NCBI GenBank assembly: GCA_016931055.1
Contig: JAFGFL010000058.1
Span: 1 to 61,476 of the forward strand
Length of the DNA stretch: 61,476 nucleotides
Direction of reading: 5' to 3'
DNA from: Candidatus Omnitrophota bacterium
Lineage (GTDB): Bacteria; Omnitrophota; Gorgyraeia; Zapsychrales; Zapsychraceae
Text below: more model-generated notes on this DNA
What the model was told of the DNA's origin: nothing
Databases searched by the model: none
The model's input: the letters and a program-made list of their open reading frames with translations, nothing else
How positions within the stretch are numbered: the first letter of the stretch is position 1
The DNA itself: not shown here

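Overview
This is a 61.5-kb bacterial window with nearly all real genes on the + strand. All domain calls come from motifs read by eye; no database search was possible.

(1) 1-8.6 kb holds ordinary genes: an AAA+/DUF4143 ATPase, an RsmB-like RNA methyltransferase, a PilZ-PilT fusion ATPase, a 2-hydroxyacid dehydrogenase, a GST, a C-N hydrolase, an orphan Flp-like pilin and malate dehydrogenase.

(2) 8.7-29.8 kb is an atypical Tad/Flp-type (type IVc pilus / T2SS-like) locus. In order it encodes:
- a parvulin PPIase lipoprotein and CpaB;
- a CpaC secretin with a C-terminal TonB_C domain;
- a CpaE(TadZ)-CpaF(TadA) fusion ATPase;
- DUF192 and an unknown 631-aa HTH protein;
- 11 pilin/pseudopilin-like genes sharing a [G/A]Q-x3-E-[Y/F/L] motif. 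One (17638-17799) is absent from the ORF track, and two are very large and Cys-rich (595 and 1,448 aa);
- TadB and TadC.
No prepilin peptidase is visible. Most intergenic gaps from DUF192 onward carry palindromic or MITE-like elements. A RAYT/IS200-like Y1 transposase flanked by REP-like palindromes follows at 29.8-30.7 kb.

(3) From ATG 32152 to the last base, a single frame runs 9,775 codons without a stop and is still open. The stop-bounded ORF track cannot show this giant gene. Its product has:
- an N-terminal TM helix plus a peptidase-C39-like domain;
- two long Gly/Ala-rich hydrophobic blocks;
- tandem ~1.35-kb modules with HExxH/HE motifs;
- a recurrent RPAxSSP linker motif;
- in-frame palindromic DNA elements, a 90-nt near-identical repeat and an antisense tRNA-like sequence.

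The main candidate for a novel system is the Tad-like machine with its expanded, Cys-rich pilin set sitting next to this giant membrane-anchored protein. From memory, this resembles giant-gene loci reported in uncultivated Omnitrophota-like bacteria, but I cannot verify that here.
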